Shown: positions 1 through 12,450 of the stretch, in pieces
Layout: each line of letters begins with the position of its first letter
Position numbering within the stretch: position 1 is the stretch's first letter
Assembly: GCF_006345805.1 (NCBI RefSeq)
Contig: NC_042998.1
Coordinates: 89,156,001-89,220,000, forward strand
Reading direction: 5' to 3'
DNA: 64,000 nucleotides
DNA from: Octopus sinensis
Lineage: Eukaryota
The notes under the pieces: model-generated
Told to the model about the DNA's origin: nothing
The model's database searches: none
What the model saw: only the letters and a program-made list of their open reading frames with translations
Program-made: the position numbers and the translations under genes

Positions 1-24
1 TTACATTAATCTTAATCTTATTTC

Positions 25-69
25 GGCCAGAGTTCTTTCGTCACATTCCTGTGACCTCATCAGTGGTCC
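25..69 (-). ncRNA. Minimal type I hammerhead ribozyme motif (PLE terminal repeat type)
   Basis: Minus strand reads GGACCA-CUGAUGA-G-GUCAC-AGGAAU-GUGAC-GAAA-G-AA-CUC/UGGCC. Intact core, perfect 5-bp stem II, 2-bp stem III, CUC triplet, stem I CCA/UGG plus GG/CC. Confidence 0.7.
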
Positions 70-680
70 TTTGCTTTCTTCTTTCTTATTTGTGTGTCTC
101 TCCTTACTAACGGTCAGCCATTTTGTACTTTGTATTTCTATTGTATGTGTCTTCATTTGCGCATGCGTATACGTCTATGTGTGTCTATGTTTAGTAAGTG
201 TGTGTGTGTGGGGGGGGAAGTGCTTGTAAAATTTGTATCTCCCGTTTATATACAGGAAATGGTATTAAGATGAGTGTTTATTTTGTTCGCTTTGATGTAT
301 CATGGCAATGTTAGATGGAAAGTTTAGTATCGATATTCTGGGATGTTTTAGATGTAATCGAATCAATGTCAGGAACTTTAAGAACCCAATTCGGTAAATC
401 TAATTAAAATATGAGTTAAATATGTGTCCTTCACCCACAAAACATAATTGGCTAGAATAAGCGAGGTATTAAGTAAGATTTTAAAGATATATGGGGTCTT
501 TTCTTTTCTGCAATCTTCAACTCTTCCGAACCCTCTGTAGATTTCGAATTGTGTTAGTAGGGTCTCCTATTTCTCCTTATATGTTAGACGCTGTGAAGGC
601 ATTTTGGTTGCCATGGCCTTTTGGTCTCTCACAGAGCCGTGCAGTCAATTATACGGGAAGAATTAGTATATAATATTATT
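70..680 (-). mobile_element. Heavily decayed Penelope-like element 3' region
   Basis: Lies directly 5' of the HHR on the same strand. Only a weak GIY-YIG-like trace (NLT*YLAYSSQLCFVGE) among many stops. Confidence 0.3.
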
Positions 681-1349
681 TTAATTCTTTCTAGAGGGTA
701 AGAACTTGATCTTATATATCACAGAAGAAAACAGATAGACATGATTCAATACATTGTGTACATACATTACTTGTTTATACTTGTCCGCTTCTAGACTTGA
801 ACGTAATTTCTGACTCACAGACATACATGCGCATATAACGCACGTTCACACACACGCGTGTGTGTGTATGTGTGTGTCTATACACATACATACATATACA
901 TATCCGGCACACACACACACATACACACACGCATTTACGTATATGTAACTAGATGACCTGGCTAAAAAAATCCGTTTCGAGATTTTTCATTAAAAAAAAA
1001 TGTTAATTTAGATAAGAATATCGGAAGATCGTATCATATTCTTACAGCAGTGACATTGGAAGCCAAAGTATAAGTTATCAGTTAACCTTTAAACAAAACA
1101 ATCGCGTAGATACATCATGTTACTGTCTGCGTTTTTTTATATTTTTTTGTATAGGCGGGTTGCAGGACTTGCAAAGAAATAGTTTTCGTCTACAACCAAT
1201 AAACATTAGCACTGCTGGTAGTCTTTCTGTAACAGACTGACTGAAAATGTTTGATTGTTGACGTCCCCTTTTTTATACTATTTTATTTTCATCTCTCTTA
1301 GTTTCTGCCATTTAATTCATTATACATGTGTGTGTGTGTGTGTGTGTGT

Positions 1350-1519
1350 ATGACAGGTTTCTTTCACTTTCTATGTTCCTATCTACCAAATCCACTCACA
1401 AGGCTTTGGTCGGCCCGAGACTATAGTAGAAGACACTTGCCCGAGGTGCCACACAGTGGGACTGAACCCGGAACCATGTGGTTGGTAAGCAAGCTATTTA
1501 CCTTACAGCCACTCCTGCT
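1350..1519 (-). mobile_element. tRNA-derived SINE family B (CORE-like centre), 3'-truncated
   Basis: Minus strand: gcaggagtggctgtaagg...ggttccgggttcagtcccactgtgtggcacctcgggcaagtgtcttctactatag. B-box-like GGTTCAGTCC; homologous to 1611-2045. Confidence 0.85.
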
Positions 1520-1549
1520 CCTATATATATATATATATATATATATCTT

Positions 1550-1583
<34 letters not shown>

Positions 1584-1610
1584 CGGACACATGGTGGTGT
1601 GGCCTGCAGA

Positions 1611-2045
1611 CGCAGTCGTGGCTGTGTGCATCAGCGCAGGCGAGGCAGTATGCATAGGCTCCTGTGTAACTGTGTGCATAGGCTTCCCAACCATACGGTC
1701 TTGGGTTCAGTCTCACTGGTGGCACCATGGGCAAGTGTTTTCTACTATAGCCTAGGCCGATCAAAGCGTTGTGAGTGGATTTGGTAGACGGAAACTGCAA
1801 GAAACTTGTCATATATATGTATTCCTATATGCGTTTGTGTCTTTGTGTTTGTCCCCAACCATCACCGTTTGATAACCAATGTTGATTCGTTTACATCCCT
1901 GTATATGAGCAGTTCGGCGAAAGAGAACGATCGAATAGTATCAAGCTGAAGAAAAACAAGTACTTGGAGCTTTTTCTTCGACTACAACCTCCAAGGCGGT
2001 GCACGGGCATAGCCACAGTCTAATGACTGATACAAGTAAATGATA
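1611..2045 (+). mobile_element. tRNA-derived SINE family B, near full length
   Basis: Head ...ggttcagtctcactggtggcaccatgggcaagtgt..., body gtgagtggatttggtagacggaaactg, tail ...acagtctaatgactgatacaagtaaa. Confidence 0.85.
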
Positions 2046-2419
2046 GAGCTATCTAACTCCCTGTATTTTCGTATATATATATATATATATATATATAAGT
2101 GTTAGGTGTAATGTACAGAATTGAATATTGAGAAAAAGTCGTCAGAATTTTGGAAAAATATCCTTTTATTTCTTCATCATTATTAGCGTTTTTGTTCCTC
2201 TCAAGAACTTGTCAAATATATATATACAAACAATCAAACACATGTATGTATATCTATGTAAATAAAGAGAAACGGTGTGCGCGGTAAGGCTGTAATGTAT
2301 GTGCTCAGATAAATATAAATAAGCTCTAACCGCACACGCACGTATGTGTAGCATGCTAAATACGTAACTTTGTATTTTGATGCCGCTCTATTAACATACA
2401 TACACACATACATTAATAA

Positions 2420-2605
2420 TGATGATTTCAAATTTTGCCACAAAGGCAGCAATTTTGGGGGAGAGGATGTGTCGATTACAACGACCCTGATAGGACGAAA
2501 GGCAAAGTCGACTTCGGCGGAATTTGAACTCAGAACGTAGCGACAAATGAAATACTGCTAAGCATTTCGCCCGGCGTGCTAACGATTCTGCCAGCTCACC
2601 GCCTT
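2420..2605 (-). mobile_element. tRNA-derived SINE family A, internally deleted
   Basis: Minus strand head ggcggtgagctggcagaatcgttagcacgccgggcgaaatg...ctgagttcaaattccgccgaagtcgactttgcc; matches copies at 8708, 11633 and 13658. Confidence 0.9.
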
Positions 2606-4499
2606 TATTAGTATAGAGACTTGTACATCCACAATGTTTGTTTTATATTACAATGACCTACCTGTATTTCCACTGAAGCGACTGCACATTGTTGCAGATG
2701 CCACCTTGCAAAATTGTCAGTGCAGTTTCATCAAGGTTCGTCCATTTGGAAACACGTGTAGGTCATGCTGCATAAAACTATAAAATAAATATTGTGGAGA
2801 TACACGTATCCATACCCTTTATTAATATTATTATACAATTTAAGGAACCTTTACAGCCTGAGTAGGACACACGGAATTACCCAACGGAAGTATTCACGAG
2901 TGACTAAAAACTTGTTGGCCCGGACATTGGATACTGACTGTTGTTGCAAGCCAGCATCTGGAGCCAAATGAAGAGCTAAGATGGGATTCGCCTGGGTAAT
3001 GGATAATATATATATATCACAAATTTATACATACATGCATATCTATATTTGTTATTCGGGAGAGGAAGCAGTGGTCTTTAGAGGGCCTATTAACTGGTCA
3101 GAGAGGCAAAAGAAGGTATCCTAAATGTAAAACATTGGCCTGAATGCTTGCCCCAGAATGAGTTCCACTAAAGGATTCAAAGTTATCAGTACGCTAATTT
3201 TATCTCACCTCTTTTCTTAGCACATCTTTCTCCAATATTATAACATTGATATTATTAATCTTCGACCTAAAGCAGTTTCTTATATCTGACTACGTCGGTA
3301 ATTCAACCAAGTTTTGTAAGATACACTAAAATACTATTTTCGCCTTATTTAAAATGTTACAATTCCAAATAAAGTGAGTAACAGGAAATAAATGCATACT
3401 TTTCTTATCTTTTTCAGTTATTTTATTCCCTTCTGTAAATTTATAGAATAAAGGAGACCTTTATGAGATGACGATAGTTGTTTTCTGTTGAATTACCCAA
3501 GGGAGAGCCAAGCATGAAGAAAACATTTCAGGCCTAAAGTCATTTCTGCCGCGTCAAACTGAATTAAATGCTATACTCAGAAAAATCACATAAAAAGTTT
3601 TCAAAAAGACACCAAGAACAAAAATGAAAACATCCAGTGTTCTTTACTTCGTTACACACTGTAATCCATTTGGGACAAGATATCCGTATACAAATTCCAT
3701 ATGGGTCGAGTAGATAATATGATCTGTTGGTATAAGAATCCAGATTGAGCAACTCAAGCGGTGCCAGGTGCCTGCTGGTTTGTTAGTATCACATTCCAAA
3801 ATAAAATGTAACCAATTTCTAGTGGGAATGAAGTCATCAGGCTGGTCGTTTAGATTGTAACAACATGTTGATGTTTATTTCTCTGTTTATAGTTCGGTTT
3901 TAGATGACATTTATACGGAAGTTAGAAGGGTTTTTTTTTAAAATTCAAAATCACTTTGCTGAATTATCATTGTATAAATCTGCTCCGATATTTTCAAGCA
4001 TTGTTGTGTTCGTGTGTGTGTATGTTTTCTTAGCAACAATAGGCTACATCTTTAGTAAAAGTTCTCGAATTTATTGACAAATCATCTGTTAATATGAAGC
4101 TGATATATAAGTTTTGTTTCACCATCATGTGAATTCATTAGTAAGAGAAACGATGATTTCAAATGTAATCCATTTAATAATAACAATAATGGTTGCGAAT
4201 TTAGACACAATGTAAATAATTTTGAGAAGTGGATGTAAGTCGATACTGTCGTTGATCTCGGTACTTGACGGATACATTATTTTACAGAGCGCAGAAATAT
4301 GAAAGGGAGGGTTAACTTCGCATTGAACTCAAAGCGTCGGAAAAACAATACAAAACATAATTACTTTTTAAGAAAGGAACATAATCCAAAATTTGAGCCC
4401 AGTTTTCATTGATACTTTATTTTATCGAAATGAACTCAGCTTTTAGAGATCCCAAATAATAATAATAATTATAATAATAAATAATAATAAATATAAAAT

Positions 4500-7213
4500 C
4501 AAAGATTTTATAAACCTTACTGCAACCAAGGAGCAATTTAAACAACGAATACAACTGAAAGCCCAATGGCTTAGAAAGTATGATAAAAAAAATCAAATTT
4601 TATCGACAAAACAAGATATTCAAGACGGATGCAAAGAAATTTTATAGGGAAATTGGCAGAATAAGATAGAAGAGCCAACTAAGACTAAGGAAATGGCAGA
4701 GTTCTGGAAGAAGATATGGTGCAACAAAAAAGAATATAACACTAAAGCTGATTGGATAGAGCGTGAGAAAATGAGACTGGATGAAGTGGAAATTGGAGGC
4801 AATAGGAATAGAAGAGCTAAGATGTGTTCTTAGCAACTCTCACAAATGGAAAACCCCAGGAGTGGACTGAATTCTTAAATTCTGGCTAAACTGTCTGACA
4901 GAAGTACAGCAAAATTTCGCTGCATCGAGAACCCAGAGCAAATACCTGCCTAGCTGATCGAAAGAACAACATAACTTTTACCAAAAACTGAAGACACAAA
5001 AAATCCAAAGAACTACCGGCCAATAACATATCTCAACACCACCTACAAGATCCTTACATCCATATTAACTGAGAGAATATACGCTTTCCTTGAATAGTGA
5101 CCATTCCTTGCGCAAGCTCAAAACGGCTATAAAAGGAATTCTAATTGATGCAAAGATCAACTACTCATAAGTAAAATGATTGTCGAGAATTGCCAGAGCA
5201 AAAAGAAGAATTTGAGTATGGCATGGATAGACTACAGGAAAGTGTTTGATAGTGTCCCACATAAGTGGATACTCAAGGCCCTTGAGATTTACAAGGTCCC
5301 TCGTGTCATCTCCAAATTCTCACAAGGTAGCATGGCCAAATGGAACACATATCTCTTTCTAAACCATAGTAATGGGATGATCCAAACTAACAGCATCAAC
5401 ATCAAACGAGGCATCTTTCAAGTTGACTTCCTCTTCCCATTGCTCTTATGCATGGCACTGATCCCACTCTCAAACGAACTAAATAATACCAGGTATGGGT
5501 TCAAAGTTTACAAAACGACAATAAACCGTCTGTTTTATATGGACAATCTGAAGCTCTTTACTAGAAATGACGAAGAGCTAGTTGGGCTGCTAACAAATGT
5601 TAAAAAATTCAGTAATGACATCGGGATAGACTTTGGCCTCGATAAGTGTGCTAAAGCAACTTCTATAAGAGGCAAGCTCAGGCAAAAAGCTACCATTAAA
5701 TTAGGTACCGACACTACTATCAAGGAGCTTGACCCACAAGAAAATTACAGATACCGGGGGATAAACGAAGGAGATGGTATACAACATGCTACGTTGAAGG
5801 TAAAAATAAGAAAGGAATATTAGAGGAGAATAAGACACTCACTAAAAACTGAACTCAACTCTAAAAATCGCATCGAAGCCATTAACACCCTGGCACTTCC
5901 GGTAGTTCAATATAGTTTTAACATCATTAACTGGAATCTTACAGAGCTCCAACGCCTGGACAGGAAGACAAGAAAACTAACAAATAAGAACATGCACCAC
6001 GCAAAAGCAGATGTTGATCGTCTGTAGCTACCTAGAAGTAATAGAAGAGGGATGAAGCAGGTAGAACTGTGCTATAAGACTTCCACAATAGCAATGAACA
6101 GGTACTTATCCAGTACAGGAGACTGGATGCTGCTACTTGTGTGCAAATACGAAAACAGCAAAATATCGCATTTTATTTCAAGGAAGCTTGGAAATTCGCA
6201 AACGTATTTGGCATTAACCCTTAAGTATTTGAAGAACCTGAAACCACTGCCACAAAACAAATAAAATAGATCAAGTAAACTGCAAAAAAGAACTGGCAGA
6301 AACAAAGTGAGGACCGGTGGAGCCAGAAGCCTCTGCATGGACAGTGTATACTTCGAAGTCAAAATGCTGATATAGATCAAGTAAGAACCCATCAATGATT
6401 GAGAAGTTCAGGACTGAAAGCAGAGATTGAAAGTTTTATATTGGTGGCACAAGATCAAAGCTTGCTCACGTAAAAGTACTAGGCTAGCGTTCTCCAAAAC
6501 GGTTCTGACCCTAAATGCAGATTCTGTGACACATTTGAAGAAAAAAACCTCGTCTCAGGATGCCCTGTGCTGACACCAAACGAATACAAAAATCACCATG
6601 ATAGGGTAGGACAGCATTTACATTGGAAAATATGTAAACACTACAAAATCAGCACTCCTGCTTACTGGTATGAACATCATCCTGAGCCAGTCGTTGTAGG
6701 TAAATATGTCACTATCCTCTGGGATTTTCCAGTCAACACTGACAGAATGATTCGGGCTAATAGACCAGATATGATTATTAAAAACAAAGAAAAAATACTT
6801 GTAGACTAATAGATGTAGGTGTTCCCATCGATAAAAATATATCTGTCAAGGAATGTGACAAACTAAGTAAATATAAGGACCTGGAAATTGAAATACAAAA
6901 GATGTGATATCTTAAAAAGAGAACTTTCCTGTTAGTGTAGGTGCGCTAGGTATGATAAGAAAAAAGGGGATGTCAGAAACATCTCGATAAGATCCCAGGA
7001 AAACCACGTCTCAGAGAAATCCAAAAGATTGTACTGACAAGTCTGCCTACATCCTTAGAAAAACCCTATCCATTTAAACGTCTGTGTTGTATTGCATGAA
7101 AATATTTTGCTACTTCCCCCTTCCAAGCTTTCGGTTATGCTGTAACAATTTATCCTTCACTCGCTCCAGGACACTGGGTGTGTCTCGGCAAGTGACTGTA
7201 ACAAACATGAAGA
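4500..7213 (+). mobile_element. R4/Dong-clade non-LTR retrotransposon (RT plus restriction-like endonuclease), 5'-truncated and decayed
   Basis: RT motifs AWIDYRKVFDSVPH, KRGIFQ, LFYMDNLKL, FGLDKCAK (ORF 5176-5823). CCHC and RLE region ...GCPVL..EYKNHHDRVG..HWKIC...LWDFPVNTDRMIRANRPD (6567-6809), then KYKDLEIE...VGALG. Bounded on both sides by (TAA)n. Confidence 0.92.
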
Positions 7214-7224
7214 TTAAAAATAAA

Positions 7225-7282
<58 letters not shown>

Positions 7283-7287
7283 TAATA
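7208..7287. repeat. (TAAA)n/(TAA)n tract between stacked elements
   Basis: Read directly; similar tracts at 4455-4495 and 7846-7857. Confidence 0.95.
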
Positions 7288-7845
7288 AAGGCCCTGATTC
7301 AGTATCATGCAGTGGCTTTCATGACTTCCCATCTTAACAGATTGGAAGTGTGATCATATACATTGTTTTGTCTTGGTATAAAAGATGGGCTACACCAAAT
7401 ATTCTACCCAATGCCACAGATTTGCTTGTCACTTGTTTTACCTTAAACAGTTGAGCATGTCTCTTAGTGGCTGACGATACGTGCATCTCTGATCACGAGC
7501 AGATGTAGTGGGGGAGCTTCATAGACATGTATTGAGGGGAATTCTTTGGGGTTTGGATAGTTCACCTCTGGAAACATAGAGGTGTTTTGTTCAACATCCT
7601 TAAACAATCCTTATTCAGGGACCTCTTAAGCAGCATGAGCTACTCGGCCTGAAGAAAATTTTAACTAGGCCTCACCTGCATGGTCATGCGCTGTTAATCT
7701 TGATATGAAATCACCATGTCGTTCACATATGGTTGTGATGTATGTGCCTTGTGTAACCTTATCAGATGGGTAGTCATGTCGGGTATACTAGGCTTCGTAA
7801 ATTTTACCCCAGTGTCACTTTGATGACATGCTCTGCTCTCTACTC
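7288..7845. mobile_element. Non-coding ~560-bp element flanked by TAA repeats, class unknown
   Basis: Higher-GC complex block with (TAA)n on both sides and no credible ORF. No second copy in the window, so repeat status is inferred. Confidence 0.4.
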
Positions 7846-7857
7846 AATAATAATAAG

Positions 7858-9165
7858 GATTCAGAAGCAAGGAAATTTGTTACAAATAGCCACAAATCAC
7901 GAGCAAAATAATAAGAACTGTTTTCTGCCTTTAAGGAAGTTCAAAAATACAAGAAAGGAATCAACTAGAGACAACTGTGGAATCAAAGGGGTCAACCTGA
8001 CAACTATGAAGGAGAAGCGGAAACAACGGAAGCTGTAAAACAACTGAAATCAAAATTAAACTGGAACAACAATGTATCATGATAAAATGATGGCAAGAAA
8101 AACCCTTACAGGATAAATATTGGGATAAGCTAGACAGTTAAGAAATAGACAAAGTAAAAAAACAACAATGGGCGAGAAGTCCAGGACTCAGAGAAGAGAC
8201 TGAAGGATTTTTAATTTCAGCACAGGATCAAAGCTTCCACCAGAAATCACCAGAAACACAATGAAGAGGAATACAAGTAATTGCAGAATGGGGAATGGTG
8301 ATTGGAAAGAAGCAATAAATCATATTGTCACTAGCTGTCCAGTCAGCTAAGAAGGAATATATCCACAGACACGGCAGAGTTGGGAATCTATAAAAACTGG
8401 AAGCTATGCCAACACTATGGAATGACAGCAGAAAAAAAAGATAATATACGCACTCCCCAGAAAAGGTCTCAGAAAATAACAAAAGCAACCATACTCTGGG
8501 ATATGCCAAGTACACACAGAGAAATCAAGGATAATAGACCGGATATAGTTGTCAGATATCAAGAAAAAAATATATTCTAATCGATGTATCAATACCAACA
8601 GGTGACAATGTATCTCTAGAAGAAACGGAGAAATTCTCAGAGTACTAAGATCTGGAAATAGAGGTAACTCAAATGTGGAGTCTAAAAACAGAAACAATCC
8701 CTATAATCCTCCTGTTATAGACACAGGGCCTGAAATTTTGTGGGAGGGGCCAGTCGATTAGATCGATCCCCAGTACTCAACCGTTACTTAATTTATCGAC
8801 CCCGAAAGGATAGAAGGCAAAGTCGACCTCGGCGGAATTTGAACTCAGAACGTATAGACGAACTAAATGCCGCTAAGCATTTTGCCCGCCATGCTAACGA
8901 TTCTGCCAGCTCGCCGCCTTTGAAACAATCCCTATAATAATAGGTGCATTAGGTATGATTAAAATCATTCTGACAAAATACATAACCAAAACACTAGGAC
9001 TTAAGAATGTATGTAACACAGAGAATAGCATTGCTAGGCACCGCACATATCCTACTTAAAGCACTTTCAACACAATGAAAATAAGACCAACACAACAAAC
9101 CACAACACGTACCCAAGGCACACAGATTTGCACTCGGTAGTGCAGTGAAAACACGTGATAAAAAT
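7858..9165 (+). mobile_element. Second, older 5'-truncated R4/Dong-clade copy interrupted by a SINE
   Basis: Frameshifted ...RSPGLREETEGFLISAQDQSL..., ATILWDMPSTHREIKDNRPDIVV, DLEIEVTQMWSLKTETIPIIIGALG once the SINE is removed. Starts at a TAA run. Confidence 0.88.
8708..8921 (-). mobile_element. SINE family A, full length, with 17-bp TSD
   Basis: TSD gaaacaatccctataat at 8691-8707 and 8922-8938; removing the insertion restores the LINE frame ETIPIIIGALG. Confidence 0.95.
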
Positions 9166-10449
9166 AAGACTGCTGAAAAATTTTACTTTTAACACATATT
9201 CGAGAAAACTGCACTTAGCCAAACTTTGAAATATCAGTGAAAATCCATAGGATACGTGATAAACCTTCTCTCCTAACGATTGAAATCCAAACAATAGTTA
9301 GTATAATTTTCGGAATTTTTGTTACAATCAACGACTAAAAACTCAAAGGCACGTATTGGCGACACAGTTGGAAATGTATTCTGATTCTTAGTTAACATTT
9401 TAGAGAATTCTGTTTCGATTTCCTGCAAAGTTGGGAAATGAAGAGAAAAATATCATACCGAGTAGAGTGTAGAGAAATTGTTCTGAATTACCAGTTGTAC
9501 ATATGCTTCTCATTTTTATTCATATTTAAGTAAAACAATGTTATTTGATGATAATATATTACATACATTATCTCTTATTACATATATTATCAACTATTAA
9601 ATCACACTCACACATTATCGAAGTTGTAAAAGGAACAACAGCAACCCACTCAAACATGAAATATTCTGTCTCACAGACTCACTGAGACTTTGGAAATAAG
9701 GCCACAGATAGGAGCCTGCATGCAGTCACAGGACCTGCTAAATTTATCTGTCAAGTCTCATTCAACTATTGTCTTAATGCTTTAAAAAGATGAATAGTTT
9801 TGATAAATTAGTCCTGAATATAATTCAGAAAAGAAGGTAGAATTATAGCGGCTTGAATGCTGGTTGGACGATGTATATTTCTCCACAGAGAAAGAGGTTT
9901 TCTTACTTAACATGTGGACGACATCCACAACTGACGACTGTAATCTCTAAAGAAGACATTTTTTCCAAAATAAACAAATGAAATCAAATAACAGTATTTA
10001 GTAAAAAAAAACAAAAAGAAACACATAAAACATTTCAGAAACAATAACGTTAACATCAAAAACAACTATATAAATAATAAATATCTTCTTTCTCAGCCTT
10101 ACAGGTCCGCCCAAAATGTATTTAATGTACCCCACCGCTTTACACGCAAGTAAATATTGTAAACAAATTTAAAATACTATATCATACAACAGTAATGGCC
10201 TAAAAACACATTTATGGAACTAAGATGTTTTAGTGTCACACGACGTTTGCGTTCTCATAGTCCAGGAAACATTTTCGCAACACAGGACACATCAATTTCT
10301 TATTGACTGCCTGATAAAGGTTGTACAAGTCAACATACGTTAGCAGTTTCATACCGTAGCTAAAACATTCATCAATTATATCGAAGATAGCTTATTTATG
10401 CTTGAAATGAAGTAGAATACAACGCTACAAATAAAAGCACTTTAAGACA

Positions 10450-11560
10450 AAAAGAGAAAAACCTTGATAACATGAAACATTTATGCATTAAACATATATG
10501 CTGCACTATTAACATCATCAGCAGTTTCACTAGATTACACACCACAACTACAAGACCCTAACGCTACTTCAGTCACCATCGTTGGAGTATTAGAATAGAA
10601 TTCAATGCACATAGCCCATCTTAATAAGAAAACAATACAAATAAAATTAAAGAATAAACCTGGTTTATCAGATTACTCCAATACGCACCTTTCAGCAACG
10701 TCTTTTCCACCGATAATAATTTCTAACCCACGCCCATATCCACTGCAAACACGTGGCAAACAGCTCACCTTATAACTCCATAATATCATTCTCACAGCAA
10801 ACTCCACACACAAATGAACAAAGTAACTAACTACACATTTACAAACATTAAATAGCAACCGGGGGGAATTATTTCTATCAGAAAACAATTCCAAAGTTTT
10901 TACAATTCAAAAACTCTGTAACAACAACCATAGATATAGCATGGTTGTTATTATTGTGTTTTTGAATTTTCTATAATAATTATATTGAATAGATTTTTCA
11001 ATATAATTATAGACTCATCTAAAACATCTCTAAGGAGGCAAAAGATAAAAATGTAACGTAAAATTCACAACCATCATAACCAACATGATAAAAACTAAGG
11101 ATATCCTTAAACAGATATAATACACAACTCCAGATGACTAAACAGGTTGATAGGCTGATAACAAAATAGACCGTTGCAATCATTTATATCCAGCATAAAT
11201 CATTAAAAAAACCCCAGTAAAACACAATGTAGAGTTACTAGCAATATTAAATAAGAGAACAGCCACAACACATTTCATGTTACAATTACTATCTGAAATA
11301 ACTTAGTTACATCCAAAATCAAGCAAACATGTTAGAAAAATCCTAATAATTATCCACAAAATTTCATACGGAAGACAAAACTAAAACGAAATACTTCACT
11401 TCCCAACTGAACTAGGATTTTGATCCCTTACATTCACCAGACACTCAATAAGCCATATAGAAATAAATTAAAAAAAACTTAAAAAACCAAGGTTTTACTA
11501 AATCACAAAGATATACTCCCCACCAAAAAAATTTTTTTAAACTACAAGGATTCATCTCAC
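10450..11560 (+). mobile_element. Very old A/C-rich retroelement remnant, possibly a PLE reverse transcriptase
   Basis: Coding-strand-like A/C skew and only vague RT-like traces (DPNATSVTI...; FSTDNNF). No clean motif. Confidence 0.25.
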
Positions 11561-11632
11561 TCAAGAATATCAACGCTATCGAACTTTCTTAGAACATCCG
11601 AGGCATTGCATTTGGACAGCATCAACAATAAT

Positions 11633-11847
11633 CTTTTCTTCTGTGGGCACAAGGCCCGAATTTGTTTGGGAGAAGGGCAGTCGATTAGATCGACCCCAGT
11701 ACGCAACTGGTACTTAATTTATCGACCCCGAAAGGATGAAAGGCAAAGTCGACCTCAGAGGAATTTGAACTCAGAACGTAAAGACAGACGAAATACCGCT
11801 AAGCATCTCGCCCGGCGTGCTAACGCTTCTGCCGGTTCGCCGCCTTA
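11633..11847 (-). mobile_element. SINE family A, full length, with 15-bp TSD
   Basis: TSD agcatcaacaataat at 11618-11632 and 11848-11862. Confidence 0.95.
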
Positions 11848-12099
11848 AGCATCAACAATAATGAAGACAAAATGCATTAGACCCTTTATGAATTGTGTCA
11901 AGCTTGTTTGGACTCTTGATCTCTCAACTACACACGACAATACACCCCAAAGAACAAGGTTGCACTCAGTCCAGTCTACAGTCATAGAACATCGATACAC
12001 GAACAAAAGCAAAAATAAAAATAAAAGTCAGTATCATTAAAACATGTGAAGAGCACGGTGTCTTGCCGTAGCCAAAGTCTTGCTTTCCTTGAATATCAC

Positions 12100-12450
12100 T
12101 ACCAAGCACTGCCCTGGTATGCGTATAACGAACGATAAGAGTGAACGAATAGCAACTGTCAAAATATCACCGTGACTATTTTCATGTTTCCGCTATGGAT
12201 ATCTCTGAAAATTGCAGCTGTACTGAAATAGGCAGGACAGTGGAATAATTGCAGCTTCCCCAGACTGTCGAGCTGTACACCATTTGATTCATAACTACTG
12301 TCGCAGTGTGTATTATGGTCCTTGGCTAGGTGGAGGCATGACATATCTAAAATATCGGATTAGTGTATCGTACCTCGGGTTCAGTCGGCTAAATTCATCC
12401 CATAGCTTTTCTTGAATGACCTGGTGCTACACACATAATAATTGCGATCT
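12100..12450 (-). mobile_element. Possible decayed CR1/L2-type LINE C-terminal fragment
   Basis: Minus frame IHTATVVMNQMVYSSTVWGSC resembles the YCS.VWG motif that follows RT; many stops. Confidence 0.25.

Noticed and set aside
945-1320. Possible Helitron 3' end (actagatgacctggc) on the minus strand
   Set aside because: No convincing hairpin or matching 5' TC terminus; too weak to call.
2620-3900. Nuclear mitochondrial insertion explaining in-frame TGA codons
   Set aside because: Reading TGA as Trp gives no recognisable mitochondrial protein.
7288-7700. HDV-like ribozyme (ccctga pairing with tcaggg at ~7617)
   Set aside because: No recognisable P3/L3, P1.1 or catalytic C arrangement could be built.
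12370-12430. Cytochrome P450-like peptide HQVIQEKLWDEF on the minus strand
   Set aside because: No upstream AGxDT or downstream ExxR context; flanking frames are closed and the implied intron would be 27 nt.
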